Below the pieces are notes generated by a model. The model did no database searches and had not been told where the DNA came from. It saw nothing but the letters and a program-made list of their open reading frames with translations. 58,493 nucleotides of DNA from an uncultured Lentisphaeraceae bacterium. GTDB lineage: Bacteria > Verrucomicrobiota > Kiritimatiellia > RFP12 > UBA1067. Of this stretch, positions 17,761 to 28,200 are shown piece after piece. Where the stretch lies: the NCBI GenBank assembly GCA_964390795.1, contig CAYMLQ010000003.1:1-58493 (forward strand), in the 5' to 3' direction. Made by a program: the position numbers and the translations under genes. Position 1 is the stretch's first letter, and every line of letters begins with the position of its first letter.

Positions 17761-18827
17761 CTCATACCACTCGCCACGGACTCCATCGCGTCCGCGACGC
17801 GACTGGCCGCGTCCGATACCGATAGCGTCCTCAGAGCCTGCCTCATCCGCTCAAGGGCGAAAGGGTTGTTCTTCTTGTTCAGCACATACCGCATGAGGGA
17901 ACGTGCCGTCAGTTCGCTCTGCACGCCCTCGTCGGCACCGCCGCTGCGCACAAGGGCCGCCGCGTTTAAATGCTGGTGGTTGCGTACGGCCGTCGGCAGC
18001 GGAATCAGCAAGGCGGGCTTGCCCAACAGGCACAGCTCGAAACAAGTTGACGCCCCCGCACGGCAAATGACGAGATCGGCTGAGGCATACGCCCGCCCCA
18101 TTTCCTTGATGAACGCGCTCACCATGGCCGGCACGCCGGCGGCCTCATAGGCCTGCCGGACACGCGCCTCGTCCGCTGTGCCGCTTTGGTGAATAACGAA
18201 CACATCGTGAACCCCGGACTGTCGGAGCAGACAAAGGGCCTGCGAGACCAGTTGATTCACACGCCGGGCGCCTTGGCTGCCCCCCGTCACGAAAACCGTG
18301 AACGCGCCTTCCGGGATCTCGGCGAAGCGCGGCTGTCCCGCCAGATCGCCCCGCACGGGAAGTCCGGTTTTTCTCAGCGCGCGTCCGGAGAGCCACTTTG
18401 CGGTCTCGTCAAAACTCGTGGCGGTCAGCGCCGCAAACCGCGACAGGAAATCGACGGCCTTGCCAGGAACCGCGTTGGCCTCGTGCAGAATGACCGGCAC
18501 CTGCTGAAGCTTGGCGGCGATGACCGGCGGCATGCTTGCGTAGCTGCCCATGGCGAGCAGCGCGTGCGGGCGCCTGCGCTTCAGCGCAGCCAGGCACTTG
18601 AAGAACGAGCGCGCGGCGTGCGGCAGCGTGCGCAGCGAGAGCGCCCGAGCGCCCGTTGAAAAGACCGGGCCATCCCAGCTGCTCAGCGTGGCCGCTTCGA
18701 TGTCGCGACCTGAAAGCCAGACCTCGACGTCATGTCCGCGCCGCTTCAACTCGTGCGCCACCGCCAGACCGGGAAACACGTGCCCGCCGGTTCCCCCACA
18801 TGCCACGATAAATGATTTGGGCGTCAT
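17757..18827 (-). CDS. murG: Lipid II GlcNAc transferase MurG
   Basis: GGTGGHVFPG, HEANAVPG, GLPVR, GGSQGA, RAGAST and HQHLNA. Confidence 0.95.
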   Translation of the reverse strand: MTPKSFIVACGGTGGHVFPGLAVAHELKRRGHDVEVWLSGRDIEAATLSSWDGPVFSTGARALSLRTLPHAARSFFKCLAALKRRRPHALLAMGSYASMPPVIAAKLQQVPVILHEANAVPGKAVDFLSRFAALTATSFDETAKWLSGRALRKTGLPVRGDLAGQPRFAEIPEGAFTVFVTGGSQGARRVNQLVSQALCLLRQSGVHDVFVIHQSGTADEARVRQAYEAAGVPAMVSAFIKEMGRAYASADLVICRAGASTCFELCLLGKPALLIPLPTAVRNHQHLNAAALVRSGGADEGVQSELTARSLMRYVLNKKNNPFALERMRQALRTLSVSDAASRVADAMESVASGMS

Positions 18828-20452
18828 CCCGGCCCCCCCCTTCCACTCCGCCGCTGGCGGAATTCTCCGACGAGTTCGCTGAGCGTGCTCCGGCAGAACA
18901 ACAGCAGCAGCAGCCCGTACACCAGCACGCCTGCCGCGATGGCTCCCATCACGGACGTCAGCTCCACCAGCTTGTACATCCAGCCTGCGTCTGTGAGGAC
19001 TCGGCTGATACCCTTCTCTGCATAATACGAAGCCGCTCCCATGACCAGCGACAAGGCGATCAGCTTAAAAATTATCGGCATGACCGCGCCGAAGCGGGGC
19101 GCTCCAATCTTCTTGCGCAACACCCATGCGAGCAGCGTGCAGTTGAAGATGCTGCTCAGCACGGTCGCAACCGCAAGCCCCACGTGCTGCCATCCATCCG
19201 CCCACGTGAAAACGAACAGAAGGTTCAAACACAAGTTGAGCGCGACGCAGGCCACGCTGCACCGCAGCGGCGTGCGCATGTCCTTGAGCGCATAGAAAGC
19301 GGGCGTCAGCGCCTTATAGAAGCTGAAGACCAGCAGCCCCGGCGCATACCCCATCAGCGCGCGCGAAGAGTAGGTTGCCGACAGCGCGTCAAACTTCCCG
19401 GAGTGACACGTGTAAATCAGATTGATCACCGGCAGCGCAAGAACCGTCAGCCCCACGGACATCGGCGCCATGATCAGCGTGATGTTGCGAAGCGAGCGTT
19501 CCAGTGTCGTGCTCAGCCGCGCGTGGTCGCCATCGGCTGCATGCTTGGAAAAAGTCGGCAGCAGCACGGTCGCAAAAGCCGTTCCCACGAGCCCCATCGG
19601 CAGATAGGTCAGCCGCTCGGCGTACTCCATGGCGGATGGGCCCCAGGTGCCCGCGTACAGGGCGAGCAGCCCGTCAACGAAAAGGTTGATCTGCACAGCC
19701 CCCATCCCGACGGCCATGGGCATCGACAAGCGCAACACTTTGCTAACGCGGGTATCCTTCGTCCAGTCGAACGCGATTCTCAGCGGCACGCCTTGTTTTC
19801 GCAGCGCGGGCAGCAAGACCCCGACCTGGACGAAGCCGGCGGCCAGGGTCGACCAGGCGACCACCCCGATGCGCACATCCATATCCTCCGACACGAACGG
19901 ACAAATGCCCACCAGTGCGAGGATCCAGACCAGGTTCAGGAAGACCGGAACCAGCGCGGGCAGCGCAAACTGCCGCAGCGTGTTCAGGATGCCGATCATG
20001 AGCGCGGCCAGACAGATCAGGGGCGCGTAGAACAGCGTGATCCGCAGCAGCGGATAGACCGCCTCGGCGCGGGCGTTGTACGCCAGCAGATGCTGCAAGC
20101 CCAGCGAAAGCAAGATGCCCGCCGCTGTGATGACGCCCAGCACGGCCACCAGAAAACCGGCGATGCGGCTGGCCAGCCGGTTGGCCACGGCGGGCCCCTC
20201 TTTCGCGAGGGTCTCCGCGTACACCGGGATGAAAGCGGCGGATAAGGCGCCTTCGCCGAACAGGCGGCGGAACAGATTGGGGATGCGGAACGCCACATCG
20301 AAGGCCGACTTCTGCAGCGAGGTGCCAAAATAATACGCCATGAGCCATTCGCGCACCAAGCCCAGGATGCGGCTGACACCCGTCATGGAACCGACAACCG
20401 CGACCGAACGTAAAATGGGCTCGTGCCTCGCCTTCATGTCACTCGTTTGCAC
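18824..20452 (-). CDS. murJ: Lipid II flippase MurJ (MviN)
   Basis: SRILGLVRE, AFRIPNLFRRLFGEGALSAAFIPVY and many transmembrane segments. Confidence 0.95.
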   Translation of the reverse strand: MQTSDMKARHEPILRSVAVVGSMTGVSRILGLVREWLMAYYFGTSLQKSAFDVAFRIPNLFRRLFGEGALSAAFIPVYAETLAKEGPAVANRLASRIAGFLVAVLGVITAAGILLSLGLQHLLAYNARAEAVYPLLRITLFYAPLICLAALMIGILNTLRQFALPALVPVFLNLVWILALVGICPFVSEDMDVRIGVVAWSTLAAGFVQVGVLLPALRKQGVPLRIAFDWTKDTRVSKVLRLSMPMAVGMGAVQINLFVDGLLALYAGTWGPSAMEYAERLTYLPMGLVGTAFATVLLPTFSKHAADGDHARLSTTLERSLRNITLIMAPMSVGLTVLALPVINLIYTCHSGKFDALSATYSSRALMGYAPGLLVFSFYKALTPAFYALKDMRTPLRCSVACVALNLCLNLLFVFTWADGWQHVGLAVATVLSSIFNCTLLAWVLRKKIGAPRFGAVMPIIFKLIALSLVMGAASYYAEKGISRVLTDAGWMYKLVELTSVMGAIAAGVLVYGLLLLLFCRSTLSELVGEFRQRRSGRGGPG

Positions 20453-21638
20453 GCGTCACCCTCTTCGCTTGCCTGCGGAAACAGATGTGTTCAACCGCGT
20501 CGTGAAAATTCTCCGCGCCGCTCATCAGTTCGATGTCCACACGCAGGTAGTAGACCGGCACCGGCGTCGTATCGAGATGCGGAAACCGGACCGCATCCTT
20601 TTCCGTCGTCAGCAGCGCGTCCGCATGCAGGTCCGCGGCTTTGTTGACGGCGTCGATGATCTCTTGCGCGTCATACCGGTGATGATCCGCATACCGCTCG
20701 CAGTAGATCACCTTGGCGCCCATAGCCCGGAGCGAGTTCTCAAAACTCTGCGGCACCGCAATGCCCGAGAGCGAGGTCACCGTCCGGCCTTTGAGCCAAT
20801 CGAGCGGAACATGCTCGGCCGTGTAGACGTTCTGAAGGTAACGCGGCTTGTGGCAGCACTCGATGATTTCAGCGCTCGCGTTCAACGCGCGGATTCGGGC
20901 GCGGACCTCTTCCGAATGTCCGTCCGATTTGGTGATAAAAATGAAGTCGGCGCGTTTGAGATTCCGGATAGGCTCGCGCAGGACGCCGCGCGGCAGCATG
21001 TTCTCGTTGCCGAACGGGTTGGTCTTGTCGACCAGCACAATCTCCAGGCGATGGCGCAGCTTCAGGTACTGGAACCCGTCGTCCAGGATCAGCGTGTCGC
21101 AGCCGAAGCGCTTCACCGCATACCGGCCGCTCTTGACGCGGTTTTTGTCGACCAGCACCACCACGCCGGGCAGGTTGCTCGCCAGCATGTAGGGCTCGTC
21201 GCCGCCCATCTCGCTATCAAGCAGCAGCCGCTTGCCGTCGCTGACCACGCGCGGCGGCTCGATTTTCTCGCGGAACAGGCGCTGATGCCAAGGCAGCTCG
21301 CGCTTGCGGTAGCCGCGGCTCAGGATCGCGACTTTGCGCCCCGACTTCTGCAGCTCGCGCGCGAAAATCTCCACCACCGGCGTTTTACCGGTGCCGCCCG
21401 CCGTGATGTTGCCCACGCTGATCACCTGGCAGCCTAACGGGTAGCGCCTGAAGATCCCCAGCTCGTAAAAAAACAGGCGCGTCAGAACGACGCTTCTGAA
21501 AACCAGCGAAATCGCCTTGAGCGTCCCCAGCAGCAGGCGGATCGGCCACGGATGGCCTTTATCCGCGCCCGGCTGTTGAATGATGCGGATCAGATAGTGC
21601 TCGATCCGCTCGATTCGTTTGATTTTCGTTTTCCGCAT
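20439..21638 (-). CDS. lpxK: Tetraacyldisaccharide 4'-kinase
   Basis: [40 protein letters not shown] and TTEKDAVR. The ATG at 21638 is preferred over 21812. Confidence 0.95.
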   Translation of the reverse strand: MRKTKIKRIERIEHYLIRIIQQPGADKGHPWPIRLLLGTLKAISLVFRSVVLTRLFFYELGIFRRYPLGCQVISVGNITAGGTGKTPVVEIFARELQKSGRKVAILSRGYRKRELPWHQRLFREKIEPPRVVSDGKRLLLDSEMGGDEPYMLASNLPGVVVLVDKNRVKSGRYAVKRFGCDTLILDDGFQYLKLRHRLEIVLVDKTNPFGNENMLPRGVLREPIRNLKRADFIFITKSDGHSEEVRARIRALNASAEIIECCHKPRYLQNVYTAEHVPLDWLKGRTVTSLSGIAVPQSFENSLRAMGAKVIYCERYADHHRYDAQEIIDAVNKAADLHADALLTTEKDAVRFPHLDTTPVPVYYLRVDIELMSGAENFHDAVEHICFRRQAKRVTRANE

Positions 21639-21913
21639 GTGTACCGGTGCCCGTTTTCGAAGGCCTTTATGATACGGTATCGCCGCGCCGAAAACAATCA
21701 CGCACAGCGAAAGAACAGCAATTCTAAATTTGGCCTGAGACAGCCTGAAGGCTGCACTACAAACGCTCCTTTCCGGTAAGAAACCGTTCGTAGTACAGGC
21801 TTTAGCCTGCATTCCCGTGGCTCAGAAGTCAAATTTTGGTTGCTGGCGAAAGAAAGCAGCTTGCCGTGATCCCCCGCACGGCGCTACACTGTTCCATATA
21901 TCAAGGAGAGAGA

Positions 21914-22261
21914 ATGATCACTCGGAACGGATTGATGGAGGCGGAGAACCGCATCAACATGCGCGGCGGCGCTGGCGCAGTCAAGCTGGAGCACTGGTTC
22001 AAGCCCGAGAACTTCGGCGCCAAGATCCGCCTCTGCACGCGGATGACGCTCGAACCCGGCGCGTCGATCGGCCAGCATACGCACGAGGCCGAAGACGAAA
22101 TCTATCTCGTCCTCTCGGGCGCGGGGCAGATTCTGGAAAACGGCGAGTGGGTTCCGATCCGCACAGGCGACGCGATTCTCACCGGCAAGGGCGGCACGCA
22201 CGGCGTTGAGAACACGGGCTCCGAACCGCTTGTCATCGCCGCCGTGATCATCCAGTATTAG
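21914..22261 (+). CDS. Cupin-domain protein
   Basis: LEPGASIGQHTHEAEDEIY and HGVENTG cupin motifs. AAGGAG RBS. Confidence 0.88.
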   Translation: MITRNGLMEAENRINMRGGAGAVKLEHWFKPENFGAKIRLCTRMTLEPGASIGQHTHEAEDEIYLVLSGAGQILENGEWVPIRTGDAILTGKGGTHGVENTGSEPLVIAAVIIQY

Positions 22262-22274
22262 GAATCGTGCCCCT

Positions 22275-22316
22275 TCCCCCACTTTAGAACTTTCGAACTC
22301 CCCCACTTTAGAACTT
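22275..22316. repeat. 18-bp direct repeat with octamer periodicity between the cupin and Fe-ADH genes
   Basis: TCCCCCACTTTAGAACTT at 22275-22292 and 22299-22316. Confidence 0.85.
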
Positions 22317-22319
22317 CTT

Positions 22320-23450
22320 ATGACCCTTCTCCCCGACACCCTCCTGCTGCCGCAACAAACCGTAGCGAAGACCGGCGCCGTGCTGAACCTGACCCGCGAC
22401 GCGGCCGTCTTCGGTAAGGCCGGCCTGCTGGTCTACGGCGAGTCTCTGTCACGTTCGGGCAAACTCGGCGATATTCTCGATAGGTGCCCGGCCGAAATGG
22501 AGATGCGCACATGGCGGCACGACGGCGGCGAACCGACGGTAGGCGCGGTGGATGCGTTGCGCGCGGAGCTTCGGCGCAGCCGCCCGGACTGGGTGGCGGC
22601 TGTGGGCGGCGGCAGCGTGATCGATCTCGCCAAAGCGGCGGCCGGTCTGGCCGACGCGCCTGAAAGCGCCGCCTATTATCAGACGCGCAACCCGGAAATC
22701 CCCCCTGCCACGCTGCCGCTCATCGCCGCCCCCAGCACGGCCGGCACCGGTTCCGAAGCGACCGTCGTGGCCGTGCTGACCGACCCGGACCGCACCTTCA
22801 AGCAGTCGATCCGCCACGCCAGCTTCATGCCTAAGCGGGTGCTCCTCGACCCCGGCCTGCTCGTGGGCTGCCCGCCCGCCACCATCGCCGCGGCAGGGCT
22901 CGACGCCTTCATCCAGGCCTTTGAATCCTACACGAGCCGCTATGCCACGCCTGTAACGCGCGCGCTTGCGGAACTCGCGCTGGTGCGCATCGCGCGAGCC
23001 CTGCTTCCGCTGTATCAGGGCGACTCGGCTGCGGCAGCCGACATGCTGGAGGCCAGCTATCTGGCCGGCGTGGCCTTTTCCCATTCGCGGCTGGGCGTGA
23101 TCCACGGACTGGCGCATCCTCTGGGCGCGCGTTTCGGCGTCGCGCACGGGCTGGTCTGCGCCCTTTGCCTGCCTGCGGCGCTGGCCTTCAACCGGGGCGT
23201 CATCCAGCAAGATCTGGCCGCCCTCAAGGCGCGGTATGGGTTGGACGTCGAGGCTCAGGTCGCCACGTGGCTGGCGGCGATGAGCCTGGACAACCCGTTC
23301 GCAGGAAAAACCGTCTCAGACCCCGATGCGTTCATCCGCGAAACCCTGGCGTCGGGTTCGACTGACGCAAACCCACGCCCCGTTGCGGCCGACGACGTGT
23401 CTGCTCTTCTGTCGCTTATTCTCAGCAACAAAGCCCATCAACCGTTTTGA
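22320..23450 (+). CDS. Iron-containing (family III) alcohol dehydrogenase
   Basis: GGGSVIDLAK, PSTAGTGSEAT, HGLAH and HG. Confidence 0.9.
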   Translation: MTLLPDTLLLPQQTVAKTGAVLNLTRDAAVFGKAGLLVYGESLSRSGKLGDILDRCPAEMEMRTWRHDGGEPTVGAVDALRAELRRSRPDWVAAVGGGSVIDLAKAAAGLADAPESAAYYQTRNPEIPPATLPLIAAPSTAGTGSEATVVAVLTDPDRTFKQSIRHASFMPKRVLLDPGLLVGCPPATIAAAGLDAFIQAFESYTSRYATPVTRALAELALVRIARALLPLYQGDSAAAADMLEASYLAGVAFSHSRLGVIHGLAHPLGARFGVAHGLVCALCLPAALAFNRGVIQQDLAALKARYGLDVEAQVATWLAAMSLDNPFAGKTVSDPDAFIRETLASGSTDANPRPVAADDVSALLSLILSNKAHQPF

Positions 23451-23468
23451 CAAAAGGAACTGATATCC

Positions 23469-24812
23469 ATGAACACTGACACCCTCATCAACGCCCTCAG
23501 CGACTTCAACGAAGACAAGCGCCGCGCCGCGCTCAAGCAAGTGACCGCCACCACCCGTTTCCCCGAGCCGGGCAGCCTTTTCAACATGCACTGCCACTCG
23601 TTCTTCTCCTACAACGCCGACGGCTGGTCGCCCTCGCGCGTGGCCTACGAGTGCCGCAGCCGCGGCCTCTGCGCCGCCGCGCTGTGCGATTTCGACGTGC
23701 TCGACGGACTCGGCGAGTTCCTCGAGTCTGGCCGCCTGCTGGCCTTGCGCACCGCCGCGCACCTGGAGACGCGCGCCTATGTCCGCGAACAGTCCACCGT
23801 CGACATCAGCTCTCCCGGCGAGCCGGGCGTGGCGTACATCATGGGGTGCGGATTCACCGGCATTCCCGCTCCCGGAACCTCACAGGCCAACACGCTGGCC
23901 CAGCTCCGCCAAGGCGCGCAGAACCGCAACCTTGCCCTGATCGCGCGCGTCAACGCCACCCTGCCCGCCATCGCGATCGACTACTCCCGCGACGTGCTGC
24001 CGCTCACCCCCAAAGGCGTGGCCACCGAGCGCCACATCATCCGCGCCTACTGCACGCAGGCCCAGCGCGCGTTTGCCGACCCCGCGGCGCGCGCCGCGTT
24101 CTGGGCACCGCTGCTCAAGTGCGACGCCTCGGCGTATCCGGCCATCGAGGCCAACGTGCCGAAGATGGAGGATCTCGCGCGCAACGCCCTCGCCAAACGC
24201 GGCGGCATCGGCTATATCCAGCCCGATGACACGACGTTCCCTCTGGCTGACGATTTCACCCGCTGGGTGCGCGCCTGCCATGCCATCCCCACGATCGCCT
24301 GGCTCGATGGCACCAGCGGCGGAGAAGCCGACTGCAACCTCCTGCTGGATCTGATGACCGGCAAGGGGTGCGCCGCACTGAACATCATTCCCGACCGCAA
24401 CTGGAACCTGAAAGACCCGCAGGACGCCGCACGCAAACAGGCGAAACTGGACGAGGTGGTCAAAGGTTGTGTCAAGCGCGACCTGCCGATCAACATCGGC
24501 ACCGAGATGAACAAGGGCGGGCTGCCCTTCGTGGATGATATCGTGGGCACCGTGCTCAGCCGCTACGCGTCGGAGTTCACGCAAGGCATGCGCGTCATGG
24601 TCGGTCAAACGCTGCTCGGCATCTATGCCCATGCGCCGTATCTGGGCGAACGCGCGGAAGTTGAATTCACCGACCTCAAGAAACGCAACGCGTTCTTTGC
24701 GTCGGTCGGCGCCCTGCCCGCACTCAACGACGCCTTCGCGGACGCCCTCCTCTCCGCCGGGACCGACAAAGCTTTCGCCCTGCTCGCCGACGCGGCGAAG
24801 CGCGCGGGATGA
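23469..24812 (+). CDS. PHP-domain-like protein of unknown function
   Basis: NMHCHSFFS followed by ALCDFDVLDG, resembling the N-terminal PHP motifs. AAGGA RBS; third gene of the operon. Confidence 0.65.
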   Translation: MNTDTLINALSDFNEDKRRAALKQVTATTRFPEPGSLFNMHCHSFFSYNADGWSPSRVAYECRSRGLCAAALCDFDVLDGLGEFLESGRLLALRTAAHLETRAYVREQSTVDISSPGEPGVAYIMGCGFTGIPAPGTSQANTLAQLRQGAQNRNLALIARVNATLPAIAIDYSRDVLPLTPKGVATERHIIRAYCTQAQRAFADPAARAAFWAPLLKCDASAYPAIEANVPKMEDLARNALAKRGGIGYIQPDDTTFPLADDFTRWVRACHAIPTIAWLDGTSGGEADCNLLLDLMTGKGCAALNIIPDRNWNLKDPQDAARKQAKLDEVVKGCVKRDLPINIGTEMNKGGLPFVDDIVGTVLSRYASEFTQGMRVMVGQTLLGIYAHAPYLGERAEVEFTDLKKRNAFFASVGALPALNDAFADALLSAGTDKAFALLADAAKRAG

Positions 24813-24889
24813 CGAGAGCGGCGGTAACGGACATGTCCCGAAGGGCGCTACGATAAGCTGGGGTATGTGTCAGAAAAGTGACAGATTAA

Positions 24890-24967
24890 GGGAAAAGATA
24901 AAGGTGAAAGATGAGGGGTGCCTTGCCCATAATCGACCACCCTAATCTTTCACCCTAATCTCTCCCG
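24890..24967. repeat. Imperfect inverted repeat made of ~12-bp units
   Basis: Core GGTGAAAGAT (24903-24912) pairs with ATCTTTCACC (24945-24954), and the flanking units extend the pairing. Confidence 0.65.
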
Positions 24968-25172
24968 TCTCCACGATCAACCGCGTTCCATAGGTTTCAT
25001 CTCTCGTGTTTCCGCCCAAGTTCCTCGGCTGCACATAGCTCCTGTTTGGAGCGGTGACAAACGGTATTCCGTGCAGTTCATTCGTGACAGGCCCTAAGGC
25101 TTGTTGTACCGGCCGGCCCAAAAGCACCTGTCCCCGTCCACCCCCGTCCTTGCCATTCCGCACAGAAATGGG

Positions 25173-25202
25173 ACGGGCGAGTGACAGCAGTCACTCGCCC
25201 GT
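25173..25202 (-). terminator. Hairpin, likely terminator of the giant gene
   Basis: Perfect 13-bp stem ACGGGCGAGTGAC / GTCACTCGCCCGT with a 4-nt loop, 28 bp after the stop codon. The U-tract is weak. Confidence 0.65.
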
Positions 25203-25230
25203 GAGAGGTCCTGCCGGAGTACCGACGTGG

Positions 25231-28200
25231 CTACCTCAGACGGATCAGCGTGCCGTTCACGTAGATAAGCTTCACCGCTCCATTGACGTAGGACACATGC
25301 CAATGTGTGCTTGGCAGATTGTGGGTACTGAACGTGCCACTGATTGATCCGGTATAGGTCATAATGGTGTAGACCTTACGTGTGTCCAACTGCTCCAGGT
25401 TAGCGATCTGCAAGCTCAGCCCGCTCATGTTGAGGTTACCCTGAACCGCCAGACGATCACTGCTGCCGTTCGCACCCAAATCAACCAGCAGGGTGCCATT
25501 GGCGGTCGTTGAAGCGGCGACCGTCAGCGTGCCGATGACGTTCGTTCCGCCGGGGGCGATGACATCCGTCACGGCGAGTGTGCCGTTGCTCACTGTTCCC
25601 GAGCCGCTGATCTGCGCCACAGTCTGCGTCGTGCCGCCGAGGTTCAGCGTGGCGTTGGTGTCCACTTCAACCACCGAATTCGAGTCCAGCAGATCGGCTC
25701 GGCCAAGCGCCGACAGCGTCAGGAAGCTGCCGTCACCCGGATCCTGCAAGCGCTGGAAGTACGCCGCATTCCTCGTGTTGCGACCCAAACGGTCGACGCC
25801 GATGCCAGGATAGCTGGTGTTCGGCCCCACGCCGCCGGTGCCTTGGCCCAGACGGACCTCGAGCGCGTGCGGGCCAGGAGACATCGTGACGTTGGCGAGG
25901 ACGTTAGTACTGTGCACACCGTCGTTAATAATCGTCACACCGTCGATCTTCACCAGTCCGGAGTCGTCGAAGGCCTTGTTGAAGGTCCAGACCTCATTCG
26001 TGGCGGAGTTGTTCCAGATGTAGCCGGAGTAGATGTAGGTGCTGTTGTCGAGCCAGATGCCGCCCGAAGCCGCATTGCTGGCGAAGCTCAGGTAGGCGTT
26101 TGTGACAGACAACTTCACCTGCGACATGGGGTTGGGCGATGTCAGATCGAAGTTGGAGAGAGCGCTCCGACCCTCGTACAGGCCTGCACGTTGTGAACGC
26201 GAGACGGGCGCCAGAGTCAGCGTGCCTTCAGACACAACGAGCGGTTGCGCGGTCTCTTGCGCGGCCGACAGCGTGGCCGAGTCAGGCCCGATCTTGTTCA
26301 GCGATGCGTTGAACGTGCCGTTCGAAACGGAGCCGGAGAGAACCGTAACCGAGCCGTTGGTGATCGTGCTGACGAAGCCACCCAAGTCGTAGGTGCCGCC
26401 GTTCACGACCACGGCCGCGTTGGTCGGTATCGCGTTGGGGAGCCCGAGACGGAGCGTGCCGCTGTTGATGAGCGTCGTGCCGCCGTAGGTGTTCGTGCCC
26501 GCCAGCGTCAGCGTGCCGGAGCCCAGCTTGGTGAGTCCGCCAACGCTGGTGTTCAGCGCCAGTTGGCAGAACCCGACCGTTGCCGGCGTGGTCGCGCCGC
26601 CGCCGACCAAGGTGGCGACGGGTGCGTCGTACCACTGATAGCCTACGCCAGAGCTGGTGATCGTGATGCCGGTCACCTGGCCCTTGGTCGGGCTGCCGTC
26701 GTCCAAGTCTATGGTTGCGATCGCGGTTGCGCCCAAGCCGCTTCCACCGGTGATCTTGACGGCCGGAGCGCCGATGTAGTTCGTGCCGCCGGTCAACAGC
26801 GGGATGTAGGTCACGCCGTAGCCGGTCGGGGCCAAGAGCGACTGGCCGACCGTGACGGTCGCGTTCGACGAGTCGATCACCGCGCCGCCGGGGTAGACGG
26901 GGGCGGCGGTCAGGCCTTGCATGAACGCGTTCGTACTGCTGCCAGCCAGCAAGGTGCCTCCGTTGAAGCCGAACACCGTCGGAGTGCCGGTCACTTGAGC
27001 ATAGACTTTGTTCGCGCGAATCGTACCGCTGTTCAGGTTGACCGCAGCCAGGTAGCTGCCAGCGCTCCTGGCCATGTTGAGCATACGGCCGTTAGGCGTG
27101 GTGTCCAGCAACGCGCTCGAACCCAGCATGTTGATCACGCCGTGGTTGGCGGCGTTACCCGCGTAAGACAACGTGGTGTCGTTGGCTCCGGGGGGCGCAG
27201 TCACTGAGCCGCCGAACATGTTCAGGATGCTGATGCCGGTGCCCCAGTTGAAGATCAACCACCCGTTGGGGGTCTGAACCTTAACGGTGCCGTTGTACAG
27301 GTCGAAGACGCCGTTGCCGCCGCCGCCGCCGCCCAATCCCAGTTGGCCGGTGGTGAGGCTGCCATTGTTCATGCGGTAGTAGCCGTAACCGCCGCCCCCG
27401 TTGCCCAAGTTCAGCACTTCGGTGCTGCCAATCGTGGGGCCAACGGCAAGGATGCCGTTCTTCTGGATGAAAGCCCCGGAAGAGCCGTTGACATTGCCAA
27501 GCAACAGTTTGCCAAACGTCGCGTTGGTCGAGAGCGTCGCGACGCTGCGGTCACCGCTTGCCGAGGCGACAGTCACGACGTGCGTGGTGTTCGTGCCAAT
27601 GGTCGTTACACCGTCAATGATGAGTGACGTGTTCGTCGATCCGCCGCTCACCGTAATCAGGCCAGGAGCGTTGGTGCTCGATGACGGCAACACCAGCGTG
27701 CCGCCGTTGACGATGAGCGACCCCGTAAAGGTGTTGGTTCCGTTGAGCGTTAGCGTGTTATTGCCTCGCTTCGTCAGGGCGAGCGCCTTGGTCAGGTTAC
27801 CCAGATAGTCCACGTCGGCTGGCGTCGTGTCGATGCTCAGCACGGCTGTGTTGCTCGCGAACGTGCTCGTGTCATGCAGGCTCTTGATCTGATCCGCGTT
27901 CCAGCCCGTCACGCCGTCATCCGAACGGAGCGCCAGCGTCGCGGCGGGGGCGATCGTCACCTTGCCTGCATCGTACCCGGGCAGTGAACCTGGGGCACGG
28001 GCGAAGAGCGTGCCATTGCTGATGATCGTTTGGCCGCTGTAGGTGTTGTTGGTACTCATGAGCCACAGGGTGGACGGCGACGAGCCTGACCTGACCAGCG
28101 TGCCCGGTCCGGAAATGTCGCCGTTGATCGTCCAACTGACGTTGGCAGATCCGTTGTTGAGGTAGGACTTGCCGTTTAGGACCACCGGGCCGGCCCAGAT

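Noticed and set aside
18812-20245. 477-aa plus-strand ORF
   Set aside because: It is the antisense shadow of murJ in GC-rich DNA and has no recognisable motifs.
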